A DNA stretch of 63,237 nucleotides, the filler included, from Stramenopiles sp. TOSAG23-6 (Eukaryota), in assembly GCA_900128565.1 (NCBI GenBank). It is 8 parts of 8 records of this genome, joined end to end, with 100 filler letters (N's around TTAATTAATTAA, not from the genome) between each part and the next. Parts side by side here need not be neighbours in the genome. Positions count along the whole stretch, not along the records: positions 47,084 to 58,738 come from LT636250.1; 7 more parts are not named here. One strand, given 5' to 3'. The translations under genes and the position numbers were made by a program. The notes under the pieces are model-generated. The model was not told the origin of the DNA. It saw only the letters and a program-made list of their open reading frames with translations, and searched no databases. Within the stretch, counting starts at the first letter, position 1, and each line of letters begins with the position of its first letter. This document shows, in pieces, positions 49,300 through 58,838 of the stretch.

Positions 49300-50061
49300 T
49301 TATTGCATGCAACAACACTGCTGTTCCGCGACGGTGTGCTCGACAGATTGAATCTGCAAAGTCAGCTTGTCAACTTTCTTGCTGAGTTTGCGAATCTCCT
49401 CGAGGACGGGCTCGACATTCGATTTAAGCTCGAGCAGAGCATTTCCCGTCGCGAGCGCATCTTGTGCTGCATTGAGGGCCATCTTTGTTTCGCTTGCTTC
49501 TTTCTCCAACTTCGCGGCAATTCCTGTGGTGTCCAATGCGTCGATTTTCTGGCTGAGTGTGTTGTCCATGAAATCGATCTTCTGGCCGAGTTTAAACAAG
49601 TTACCGTTCACCTTAGCCGACATTCTGGCACCTGCATCAGCAGTGTTATACATACCAGTTCCAGAAAGTTTAATATCGCTCAAGCACTCAATTGGAAGGG
49701 AATCGAGTGGTTTGAACCCTGGTGGAACTGTAAACGTTATAGTTGGACCTAAATGGTTTTTTACTTTACCACCACGAGGAACCATAACCATTTCATATTG
49801 ACCTGGAGGTGGAACATGTTTAGGAGCCCATAAAAATCCATCCCTCCTACCAGTTTGGGCTCGATACCAAGAGTTTTTGGTAAGCAGTTTTTCAGTCCCG
49901 GGAGTAAGAATACCTATCCAAGGACCGGCGTCACCAGCAGATTGTTTTGCATTGGGAGGAAAAGTAAAACTTACTTTAGATGACCATGTGATAATTTCTG
50001 AAGACGCATCTGCATTAGCGAAATCAAAATGAGCCGTTGGATATAACTGTTTTTGAGGCAT
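49300..50061 (-). CDS. Protein with SKICH-like N-terminal domain, coiled coil and Cys-rich C-terminus (QQCCCMQ, possible lipidation)
   Basis: WIGI...W...PGQYE pattern; heptads; terminal CCCMQ. Confidence 0.7.
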   Translation of the reverse strand: MPQKQLYPTAHFDFANADASSEIITWSSKVSFTFPPNAKQSAGDAGPWIGILTPGTEKLLTKNSWYRAQTGRRDGFLWAPKHVPPPGQYEMVMVPRGGKVKNHLGPTITFTVPPGFKPLDSLPIECLSDIKLSGTGMYNTADAGARMSAKVNGNLFKLGQKIDFMDNTLSQKIDALDTTGIAAKLEKEASETKMALNAAQDALATGNALLELKSNVEPVLEEIRKLSKKVDKLTLQIQSVEHTVAEQQCCCMQ

Positions 50062-50477
50062 TTTGTCAACTTTCTTTTTTAGTAGCTACTTCTAAAGCCT
50101 CAGATCAAGACGATAAAAAAACGGTTATCCCGTCTAAAGTACCTGGATACAGGTTGTAACCTTTGGTAACGGTAGCAGTTACGAATTTAACCGTCATACA
50201 TACCCGTCAAAGTCTCAGAGAGGGGTCATATTTGATTTGGGATACAAACGTGTCTTTATTGATAACACCACCACCACACTATATGAATGAACAGCACGGA
50301 ACAGCACGCACGCACGAAATGAAATCCTGAAATAATTTTTATAAAATTCATTATACTAATAATAGAAAAATAAATTTACTTTTAAAGATACACTTAAACT
50401 CAATTTGCGTTATTTGGTGCATTATTAGTGGATCATTTCAGAGTTAATATATCAGTAACATCATACTTACCGCATAC

Positions 50478-52010
50478 TTAATGGTATACTTTTAATGAAT
50501 CATTTGATTTTGGACGATTAAATCGAAACAAATCTGAGTAATCAGGCTTTTCATTTATTGTTGTTCTCCCTGGAAAAGATTTTGTGTTTTGAGTGTTTTG
50601 AGATATTTTTCTCTTTTTTTGTGTCTTTTTAGTCTTATCCTCAATGGATTTAGTCACAATTTTATATTTTACAGCGTCTGAGTCGCCGCTACTTTTTTCA
50701 TCATTACTGTATGGTATAACAGCAACAGTATGAGATCGAAGGTTTTGACTTGGTATAAGGTAATGTGTGATTTGTTGATTCTTTTTTGTTTTCTTTGGTA
50801 CTTCTTCAACTTGTTGTTGTTGTTGTTGTATTGGCATGGGTACTTCTGCAACTTCTTTTTGTTGACTCATTGGCGGTTGCTTTTTTTGTTTCTGCAACAT
50901 TTGTTGCTGTTTTAGGTTTTGTATTATTTGCTGTAATTGTTGTATTTGTTGTTGTTGTTTATACTGTTGTTGTTGTTGTTGTTTATATTGTTGCTCTTGT
51001 TGCTCTTGCTGTCGTTTATAGTGTTGCTGTTGTTTATATTGTTGCTGCTGATGTTGTTGTTGTTGCTGTTGTTTATATTGCTGCTGCTGCTGTTGTTGTT
51101 GTTGTTCATATTGTTGTTGCTGCTGCTGTTGTTGTTGTTGTTTATATTGTTGCTGCTGTTGTTGCTCACCTTCATTGACAAAAGAGTAATTTGGGATGAT
51201 ATCAGGTTGTACATTGTTTTCAATCACCACTTCTGCTTTATCTTTTGAATGAACAATATTTGTTTTTATATGTGCATCATCTGGTTGAATCCATTTGATT
51301 TCTTCTTTTGGTTGAATAATTTTTGGTATCATAAATTTACCTTTGTCTTGTGGTTGAATAATTTTTGGTATCATAAATTTACCTTTGTCTTGTGAGTCTT
51401 GTGGTTGAATCATTCTTGGTATTATAAATTTATCTTTGTCTTGTGGTTGAATAATTTTTGGTATCATAAATTTATCTTGTGTTTGAATCCAGCGAATTTC
51501 TTTTTTTGGCTGAATAATATTCGGAAGCACATCTTTTTGTAATACATCATCAAGCCCTACTTTGTTTTCTTTCTTACTTTGAAGAACCTCTGGTTTTATT
51601 GAAGGTGTTAATAATCCTTCAATATTTGGTGTAGTCTGTAGCTGGATTTCTATGGTAGCTTCATTTCCTTCACTGTTTAACTTTTCGATTTTCATCGGTT
51701 GAATTTGTTCAGTATTGGCAGTCTTGGATTGATCATCATTATTTACTGAAACAACTTCAATTTTTAGAGTTATCTCTGGTACTAACTTTTCAGTTTCAAT
51801 CGTTTCATCTTCAATGCTTCCTTTTTCTTGTGCAAATCGTAATTGTGTCGCTCGAGACTTTTCAATGGAGTTTTGTTTCTGTTGTTTCTCTAAAGTAGCT
51901 TTTGAAAACAGTCGAGTTGGAGAACTGAAAAAAACGTCGTTATACATTGTAGAAACCATACTAATTTCAAGCATGAATAAAAGGAATACTGTTGAGAGTA
52001 TGATCCTCAT
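50478..52010 (-). CDS. Putative secreted Gln-rich protein with KFMIPKIIQPQD repeats
   Basis: ATG at 52010 followed by a signal-peptide-like segment; long poly-Q tract. Confidence 0.75.
   Translation of the reverse strand: MRIILSTVFLLFMLEISMVSTMYNDVFFSSPTRLFSKATLEKQQKQNSIEKSRATQLRFAQEKGSIEDETIETEKLVPEITLKIEVVSVNNDDQSKTANTEQIQPMKIEKLNSEGNEATIEIQLQTTPNIEGLLTPSIKPEVLQSKKENKVGLDDVLQKDVLPNIIQPKKEIRWIQTQDKFMIPKIIQPQDKDKFIIPRMIQPQDSQDKGKFMIPKIIQPQDKGKFMIPKIIQPKEEIKWIQPDDAHIKTNIVHSKDKAEVVIENNVQPDIIPNYSFVNEGEQQQQQQYKQQQQQQQQQQYEQQQQQQQQQYKQQQQQQHQQQQYKQQQHYKRQQEQQEQQYKQQQQQQYKQQQQIQQLQQIIQNLKQQQMLQKQKKQPPMSQQKEVAEVPMPIQQQQQQVEEVPKKTKKNQQITHYLIPSQNLRSHTVAVIPYSNDEKSSGDSDAVKYKIVTKSIEDKTKKTQKKRKISQNTQNTKSFPGRTTINEKPDYSDLFRFNRPKSNDSLKVYH
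50810..51165 (-). repeat. Coding (CAA/CAG)n poly-Gln microsatellite region
   Basis: (ttg/ctg)n on plus strand. Confidence 0.9.
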
Positions 52011-52336
52011 TTGAAGGCAAATGTAAGTCACGTAACACGAGAAAGATATATATGTAATAGCAATGTAGCTACTGTATTTTTGTGTGTTTGTGCACTTTAC
52101 ACGTCGGCGAGTTTGGATATGGCGCATCCAAAATTTCAAAATTTTCGAAAAATTCCGAAAAATTCAAAAAAACTTCATCATACAAGATACCCGGTAACGT
52201 TCAGTTCAGCGAAAATCGGATAAATCGTAGTAGGCAACAAGGTACTGTATTTATCACTCTTTAAAGTCACGTATATTAACAGAGAAATTAAAGTATTGCT
52301 CGGTACATAATAAGTTCACTCGAATCTCGAGTCAAT

Positions 52337-53485
52337 ATGATATCCATGTCATTTCCCGATGGCGGGTCTATTTCTATTAAAGAGGTTATCAAAGGACCAG
52401 ATCTTGAGGAGCATTCAAAGTTATTGCCCTTTTTTGTTGCAGAACTTTCGAAACCGCAGGATGCAAGTAAAATTATGAGGACTTTGAACTCAGAACTGAG
52501 ACTGTCTGAAGAGTTCAGGCATTTACGCCGAATAAAAAAAGAGGTTATAGAAATAGATAGTGATAGTGTCTCTACTATAGAGAAGGATATAAATAAACAG
52601 GAAGATCCTAGGAATACAGGTAAAAATGAAAAAAATACAAGTAAAAAAAACATTCGTTTGTTCATCCTACTCTGTCAAAAACATCAGGAATCAAAATTAT
52701 CAGCTTTATTACAAGGACCACTTCAATCATTTCAATTATCACCCGTTATCATAAATGTACCTAAATACGCTGCATTGACTCTTGAAGAATTTCATGAAAA
52801 ACGAAAGCGTGGATGTTGGCCTGAAATCTTCAAAAGATCGCCACCTCGAAATGTATTAAAAATAGATGAGTTACCTATAGTATATAAATATATGCGTTTG
52901 GCATTAAAGGAAGCTACGATATCGGCCGATCGTGGCGACGTAGGCGTCGGCGCTGTATTAGTTAATACCGAAAAAGATATTGCTGTGTTTTCTTCTGGTG
53001 CTACACAAAATGTTCATCCTCTTCAGCATGCTGCAATGTGTTGTATCGAAGGTGTTGCGAGCAAGCAACGTGAAGAAGACGCGATTCAAGGAGCGAGGCG
53101 GAGTCGAAAATCTACAAAATCAGAATTATTAGAGAGTAAAAACAGTGTTAGTACAAATTACTCAGTATCTAATGTAAAGGATAATAACTCTACCCCTAAA
53201 AAAAATATAGCTTCAAACAAAAATATAAATTCAACTTGTCCACAGTATTTATGTACTGGATTTGATGCATACTTGACTCGCGAGCCATGTACAATGTGTG
53301 CAATGGCATTAGTACATAGTAGAGTGAAACGAGTTTTTTATGGGACTTCAAACTTGTCTGCAGGTGGTCTTGGATCTTGCTATAGTTTACATGAAATATC
53401 TGAATTAAACCATCATTTCCAGGTATATAAACTGTCAGGAGGGTCGATATTAGAAGACTGTGAACGTCTCTTGAATAAAAAATAA
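52337..53485 (+). CDS. ADAT3: tRNA adenosine-34 deaminase, non-catalytic subunit (Tad3)
   Basis: HPLQHAAM (catalytic Glu absent), YLCTGFDAYLTREPCTMCAMALVHSRVKRVFYG, LNHHFQVY. Confidence 0.92.
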   Translation: MISMSFPDGGSISIKEVIKGPDLEEHSKLLPFFVAELSKPQDASKIMRTLNSELRLSEEFRHLRRIKKEVIEIDSDSVSTIEKDINKQEDPRNTGKNEKNTSKKNIRLFILLCQKHQESKLSALLQGPLQSFQLSPVIINVPKYAALTLEEFHEKRKRGCWPEIFKRSPPRNVLKIDELPIVYKYMRLALKEATISADRGDVGVGAVLVNTEKDIAVFSSGATQNVHPLQHAAMCCIEGVASKQREEDAIQGARRSRKSTKSELLESKNSVSTNYSVSNVKDNNSTPKKNIASNKNINSTCPQYLCTGFDAYLTREPCTMCAMALVHSRVKRVFYGTSNLSAGGLGSCYSLHEISELNHHFQVYKLSGGSILEDCERLLNKK

Positions 53486-53672
53486 ATTACAAGATAAAAA
53501 TTATTTTGATAGAAATATTTATATTTTGGTCAGACGAAAATGTAGAAATATTTATTGTTTTGGTTGGATGAAAATGTAGAAATATACATTTTTTTAAATA
53601 CAGCTTTGCATATACGGTTTTATGTATTGCAAATAGTTTCATTCAAGACACATATTTTTCAATATTGTTATT

Positions 53673-56248
53673 TTAAAAGGGTAAATGTCGTTGTACAAGA
53701 TGTGGTCCAATTTCTTCAAAATGTTGCTTTGTAAGACATAATGCAGAAAATGTACTCATTGAACCCATAATAGAGCCACCTTTCCATGCTCCATACTCTG
53801 GAGCACTTACTATATTTGTTTTTTGTAAAGGTACTTTCGCAGAAATCTCTTGTGAAAAACGTTGTTGAAAACCTTTGAATTTCGTGCTTCCTCCACTAAG
53901 AATTATATTATTATAAAGGTCATTTTGTATCTCCATCTTTTCCTCTATACTTCCAGGAGGTTTGATTCCGTCTATTGCATTGGCTATTAATGTATGGACA
54001 CCTACAATTTTACTACGATTTCCTATTGTTTTCTCACCCCATCTTCCTTTCTGTTTCCATAACAAAGGTTTGAGTTTCTTATACGTGTGAGTTGACGTAT
54101 CACTTTTAGGATACTGGATTAGCATGTCGTCAAACAGAGAAGGATTGAAAAGACACTCTGGGCCACGAATTCTTTCATTTCCAAATTTTATAATATTGCC
54201 ATCTGGTAATTCGTAGCCTGGTAATTTACGTTCTCCTTTTTCAAGAAGAACAGCACAATCCCGTTTATATATATCATCACATGTGTCCCCTACGGCTACA
54301 TAGCAAAGTGAGTGCTTGACATGTGATGCTAAATGATATTCTAAAAATTTTGGGACTCGGGTGCTTACTTCATATGCACCTTCTGATCGGGCAACAGAAG
54401 CAGCTTCACGCATTCTTTTGTCTATATGGCCATGTAACCAATCAGTAATCCTCTTGCCACCAAATGGTAATCTTCGAAGTCCTCTGTGTAATAACTCTGC
54501 ATCGAAAAAGGGTGCAGCCCATGTGACACCGCCTCCACAATCAAGAACACAGCCAGTGGTACGTCCCGTCGCGTAGAGGGAGAGCTGTGAATGACATCCT
54601 AGAAAAAGACCTGGCATGTTAACTTCATCAAAGAGAACTGTTGCAAGTTTTTCATAGTAACCAGGAAGTTCAGCCGGATGAACCGTAAAAATTAAAGCAC
54701 GATCATTTGCTGTTGTTGTGAGAGGTTTTTCGATTAAATGGTTTACATATGCTGCTAACTCCGACCATCCCCTATCATTCTGCCCAAATCCTAGTTTATA
54801 ATCTACAACTCCATGTATGGTGAAAAATATATTTACTACCTGTATTGTTTGAACATTCGTTAGGTATGGTATTCTCTATACAAAATAAAAAAAATAAAAA
54901 AAATAAAAAAAAATAAAAAAAAATGAAAAAAAAATGAAATTCATAATGAAATCGTACAGTGTCTTCGTCTACATGCGTCATGCCACGAATACTTCCCGTA
55001 TCATAAAGTCTTCGAACATTCATTCGTTGATGTGAATAGCACGCATCCCAACCAAACCGAAATTTACTTTTTTTACCTTCCGGTATTAACATTTTTGATT
55101 GAGGCATGAATCCTGTAAAGTTCAATGGACAGTTTTGTCGAGGGATTCCAATACACGTTTGATCAGTGATCCAAGGTTCGCATGTATTGTGAAAAAAAAA
55201 TGAAATCATGAAAAAAATCGTTAGGTACGAAATTTCGTACGAAAAAACAATTAATATATCCATTTGATGATGAAAACGTACATGTTCCTGCCATACCAAC
55301 TTTAGTGATTTCACTTCCACAATCCATTACAATGCTTGGATTATTATACCATTTAATTTTAAATCTTCGTTTAAATTCAAAACGAGAAATGTAACCACTT
55401 CCATCTTCATCAAAATCTTCAAAATCGCTCAAAGTGCCCATTTTTGCTTTAAAAAAAGCTTTTTTAGAAATAAAACCACTACCATCAGTATCAATATTTG
55501 TAAATATTTCATCTCTTCGTTTTTCTTCATCTCTTTCACGTTTTTTATCGCGTTGTCGCACATTTTTATGTCGAATATCTAGATTTTGTTCAGTCGTATT
55601 TGAATTTAAATTTGAATTTACACTTGAATTTAAATTTGATTTAGCATTTGATTCAGTATTTGAATGAACATTATCTATATCCTTAGATGTATCCTGAGAT
55701 GCTTTGAATATTTCTTCATCAGACGATGAAGTTTCGTTTTCCCACTGGTAGAGTTTTTCTTCTACTTCTTCTTTCAATTTGGGCATTAGAAAAGCTGTAT
55801 CTCGTAATTCAAGCATTTCAATTACTTTGCTCTCCTTCTGAAATCCTTCACTATCTGCTTTGCCAGGTTTTGTTGACATAACTAACGGGGTATCAAATGC
55901 ATGGTTAACTTCATCTACACCTGCACCCGAAGCCACTAGTGCCTTGACACATGTCCAAAATCCATTTTTACACGCTAAATGAAGAGGTGTATTTCCATCA
56001 GAAAGCTCCTTCGCATTCAAGTCAGTCATACTTAAACTGGAAAGAAAATTTGTCATTTTGTAATTTCCTTTATTGACTGCAGTTAGAAGAGCATTCATTT
56101 TTGACTGGGGAAATGCGTTTACGTCCATTCCAGCTGCAAGAATAATAGCCACAGATTCCACATCGTCTTTTCGTGCGGCTTGCAATAGTTTCATACCCAT
56201 CACCTTTTTCTCCATTTCAGTCAATGGACTTGCTGTTATAATACTCAT
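53673..56248 (-). CDS. Ankyrin + EF-hand + actin-related fusion protein (~776 aa); exons 56248-55282, 55181-54958, 54812-53673
   Basis: GNTPLHLAC; DTDGSGFIS and DEDGSGYIS; actin motifs VMDCGS, SLYATGRTTGCVLDCGGG, YELPDG, LYNNIILSGGST, AWKGGSI. Confidence 0.85.
54813..54957 (-). other. Divergent family intron, GT-AT (145 nt); in-frame alternative AG at 54840
   Basis: GTACGA...ATACCTAAC...ATATTTTTCACCATACAT; both ends preserve frame. Confidence 0.65.
55182..55281 (-). other. Introner-like GT-AT intron (100 nt, phase 1)
   Basis: ACAT|GTACGT...TTCACAATACAT|G; gives AGTCEPWITDQTCIGIPR, colinear with actin [18 protein letters not shown]. Confidence 0.9.
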
Positions 56249-56690
56249 TGTATACTGTTTCTAGAGTTATATGTAACACGTCAAGTCTTCATTTTTTACT
56301 CGCATTCACTTCCAATATTTATACACTTGCTAGTAGTAGGATATATACAAACAACGAAATCAACGGACATACGTACGAATAAACGGCCGAAATCCTACTA
56401 CCACTAACCCTAGCTACTAGAATCTGATGGGTCGATACCCAGGTACCCTAACTACTGCTATTATATTGAATCCATCCAACTATTTTGATTTGATAGACAC
56501 ATTTTTATCATGATTACTATTAAATTTTGAAGAAGAATCAAATTAAAGAAACAAAATTCTTGCTGATTCCAAAAGAATATTTTTTTTATTTTCAATATAG
56601 AAATGAGGGGGGTGGCACTTGAGCAAATTAATAAATTCGTTTTTGTAGCGAAATAGTACGAAATAAGTGCACTTGAAATGCATTTCCAAG

Positions 56691-57170
56691 TTATTGCGCA
56701 TTGGTCGCAACGAGATATCCTCCCCAAGCAGACAATGCCAACATGAGTACTTCTGGTACATAGTGCATTGGGTACTTCACTGGCAATTTATCCCCGAGAA
56801 AGTTGAACTTGGCGTTCCATGGGTACAGCAAACCAACAGCTAAAGAAGATGCAGCTCCAATCTTAACAGCAACTGCTGGTGGTAATAAAGTCATAGAATA
56901 ACACAATGCCAGGAGAGACACAGATTGACCTCGAATCCTATAATGTGAACATAAAAAATGTATAGAGAAAACACTTTGTTAGTAATAAATTGGCATTTCA
57001 AAAGTGATGAAAAGTACGCCGAAGACAATAACATACCAGAACTTCAACATTGGAGTAGCAGGAGTTTCAAAGTGGTCTGTCACCATTTTCGCTGGAGTGA
57101 AGAGCATCTGTAAACCATACAGTCCAAAGGTGCCAGCGAAAACCTTCACGTAAGTAGTTGCAAGAGACAT
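56691..57170 (-). CDS. Small membrane protein (~126 aa); exons 57170-57037 and 56937-56691
   Basis: Two hydrophobic ORFs joined in frame (MLKFW-IRGQSV) by a canonical intron. Confidence 0.8.
56938..57036 (-). other. Conventional GT-AG intron (non-family)
   Basis: GTATGT...TACTAAC...TTCACATTATAG. Confidence 0.88.
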
Positions 57171-57496
57171 TTTAGGAGTTAGGTGAAAGAAGAGAGGAAA
57201 AGTTTTATTTTTTTGCTGAGATTGTGTGCCGATTTGTGAATGGTGTGAAATTGAAATTCGCTTGAAATTCATTGCTGTCATTATTATTCCAATACAAGAA
57301 CACGAAATAAATCGAAATCTCAAATCTAATAAATCGTTCGAGAAAATTTTTTACGCGCGCAAATTATTCGGAATTTTTTTAATTAGTATTATCTTTTGTA
57401 CTTAAAAAAAACCTTGCTTGCTTACACATTTTAATAATTCTCTCAATGGATTTATAGAAGGGCAGACATTTTTATTGTATCCCCTTATTTGTTTAA

Positions 57497-58685
57497 ATGG
57501 GACACGTTAAATATGGAAAAAGTGCTCCTAAAAACGACAGGTCTGCGTTTGCTCGAATTCCTGATGCTGTTCTTCGCCTTTTTATTGCAATGGCTCCCGC
57601 AGAGACACTGGGTAGACTTTGTGCTTTGAGTCATTTCCGACAAATTGCAAAAGAAGACACATACTGGCGACCCTTATTTATGAAAACATATGGTCATAAA
57701 AAAGGCAAAAATGGTGATAGCGTTCAAAAGAGCAATCAATTTGAAGGGCAGGTTGCTGAACTAGTTCGTCGCTTCATCGAAATCACGAATGCTGAACGCC
57801 AAACAGCTTACTTTTACCTTGAGCTTGCACAAGGTAACAATATATCTACTCTACCAACTTTGGAAAATGCAATCCAGATTTATTATAATAGTGCACAAGC
57901 ATTACCAGCTTCTTCATGGGTTCCTGCTCGCTTACCTGGACTTTCATCAACGTCTATACGTTTTATTTGTTTTTCAATTTTTTATCTAATTTTTTTTTCA
58001 TATGAAATTTTGTACCTAACAAATTGTACAAAAAAAAAAATTTCACAATATATTCAAAGAAAGACTCTGATTCAAACACGCTTCTTTCTTCTGGAATAAA
58101 AGTTTCGCAAACAACCAAAGAACGAACGTTCAAAATGGTTGCAGGTGGTTTAGAATTCCGACCAACAACAAAGTATTATTATCGTTTTGCTCGAAAATTT
58201 GTGAAGTCAGCCATTCGTGATGACTATATTACGATTCGATTTGACGCACCTAACCCTAACCCTACCTCTAATAGTGAACAATTATTAGGAATTGATGGAA
58301 ATTGTGGAAATGGTTTAATTTCAAAATTAGATAAACCAGCGCGAAGAAGAGCAGGGATTAAGAAAGTAAAGGTAAAAAGAAAAGACCGCGATGATCATAA
58401 TAAGAAACGAAAGGATGGAACTGTTCTGAGGAGTACTACACCGATACGTTTTTTTTTTTTTTCAATTTTTTATCTAATTTTTTTTTCGTACGAAATTTCG
58501 TACCTAACAAAAATTGTATGAAAAAAAAATATATATTTTTTCACAATATATATACGTCGTGACAGTAATACGCCACATAGTGACGTAAGCAATGGTCGAT
58601 TATCTCCTCCCACCATCATTACAAATGGACGATTTTTACCAGAATATAATGCTTTGAAAACACCAAGTGTTCTTCAAGTAGGTAT
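57497..58685 (+). CDS. F-box-like plus UBA-like protein, N-terminal exons 57497-57955, 58054-58443, 58552-58685
   Basis: FARIPDAVLRLFI...LCALSHFRQIAKEDTYWR; VRRFIEITNAERQTAYFYLE...LENAIQIYY; frames joined by AT-AT introns. Confidence 0.7.
57956..58053 (+). other. Introner-like AT-AT intron (98 nt, phase 0)
   Basis: ATACGTTTT...TACCTAAC...TTCACAATATAT; restores frame. Confidence 0.75.
58444..58551 (+). other. Introner-like AT-AT intron (108 nt, phase 0)
   Basis: ATACGTTTT...TACCTAAC...TTCACAATATAT; 6-nt repeat ATACGT makes the boundary slideable. Confidence 0.72.
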
Positions 58686-58738
58686 GTATGTTTTATTTTT
58701 TTTTCAAATTTGAATTTTTTTTTCGTACGAAATTTTGT
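58686..58738 (+). other. Introner-like intron, truncated by contig end
   Basis: AT|GTATGTTTTAT...TTTCGTACGAAATTTTGT. Confidence 0.8.
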
Positions 58739-58838
58739 NNNNNNNNNNNNNNNNNNNNNNNNNNNNNNNNNNNNNNNNNNNNTTAATTAATTAANNNNNN
58801 NNNNNNNNNNNNNNNNNNNNNNNNNNNNNNNNNNNNNN

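Noticed and set aside
50669-51248. Poly-L, poly-V and poly-N ORFs
   Set aside because: Alternative frames of the poly-Gln microsatellite
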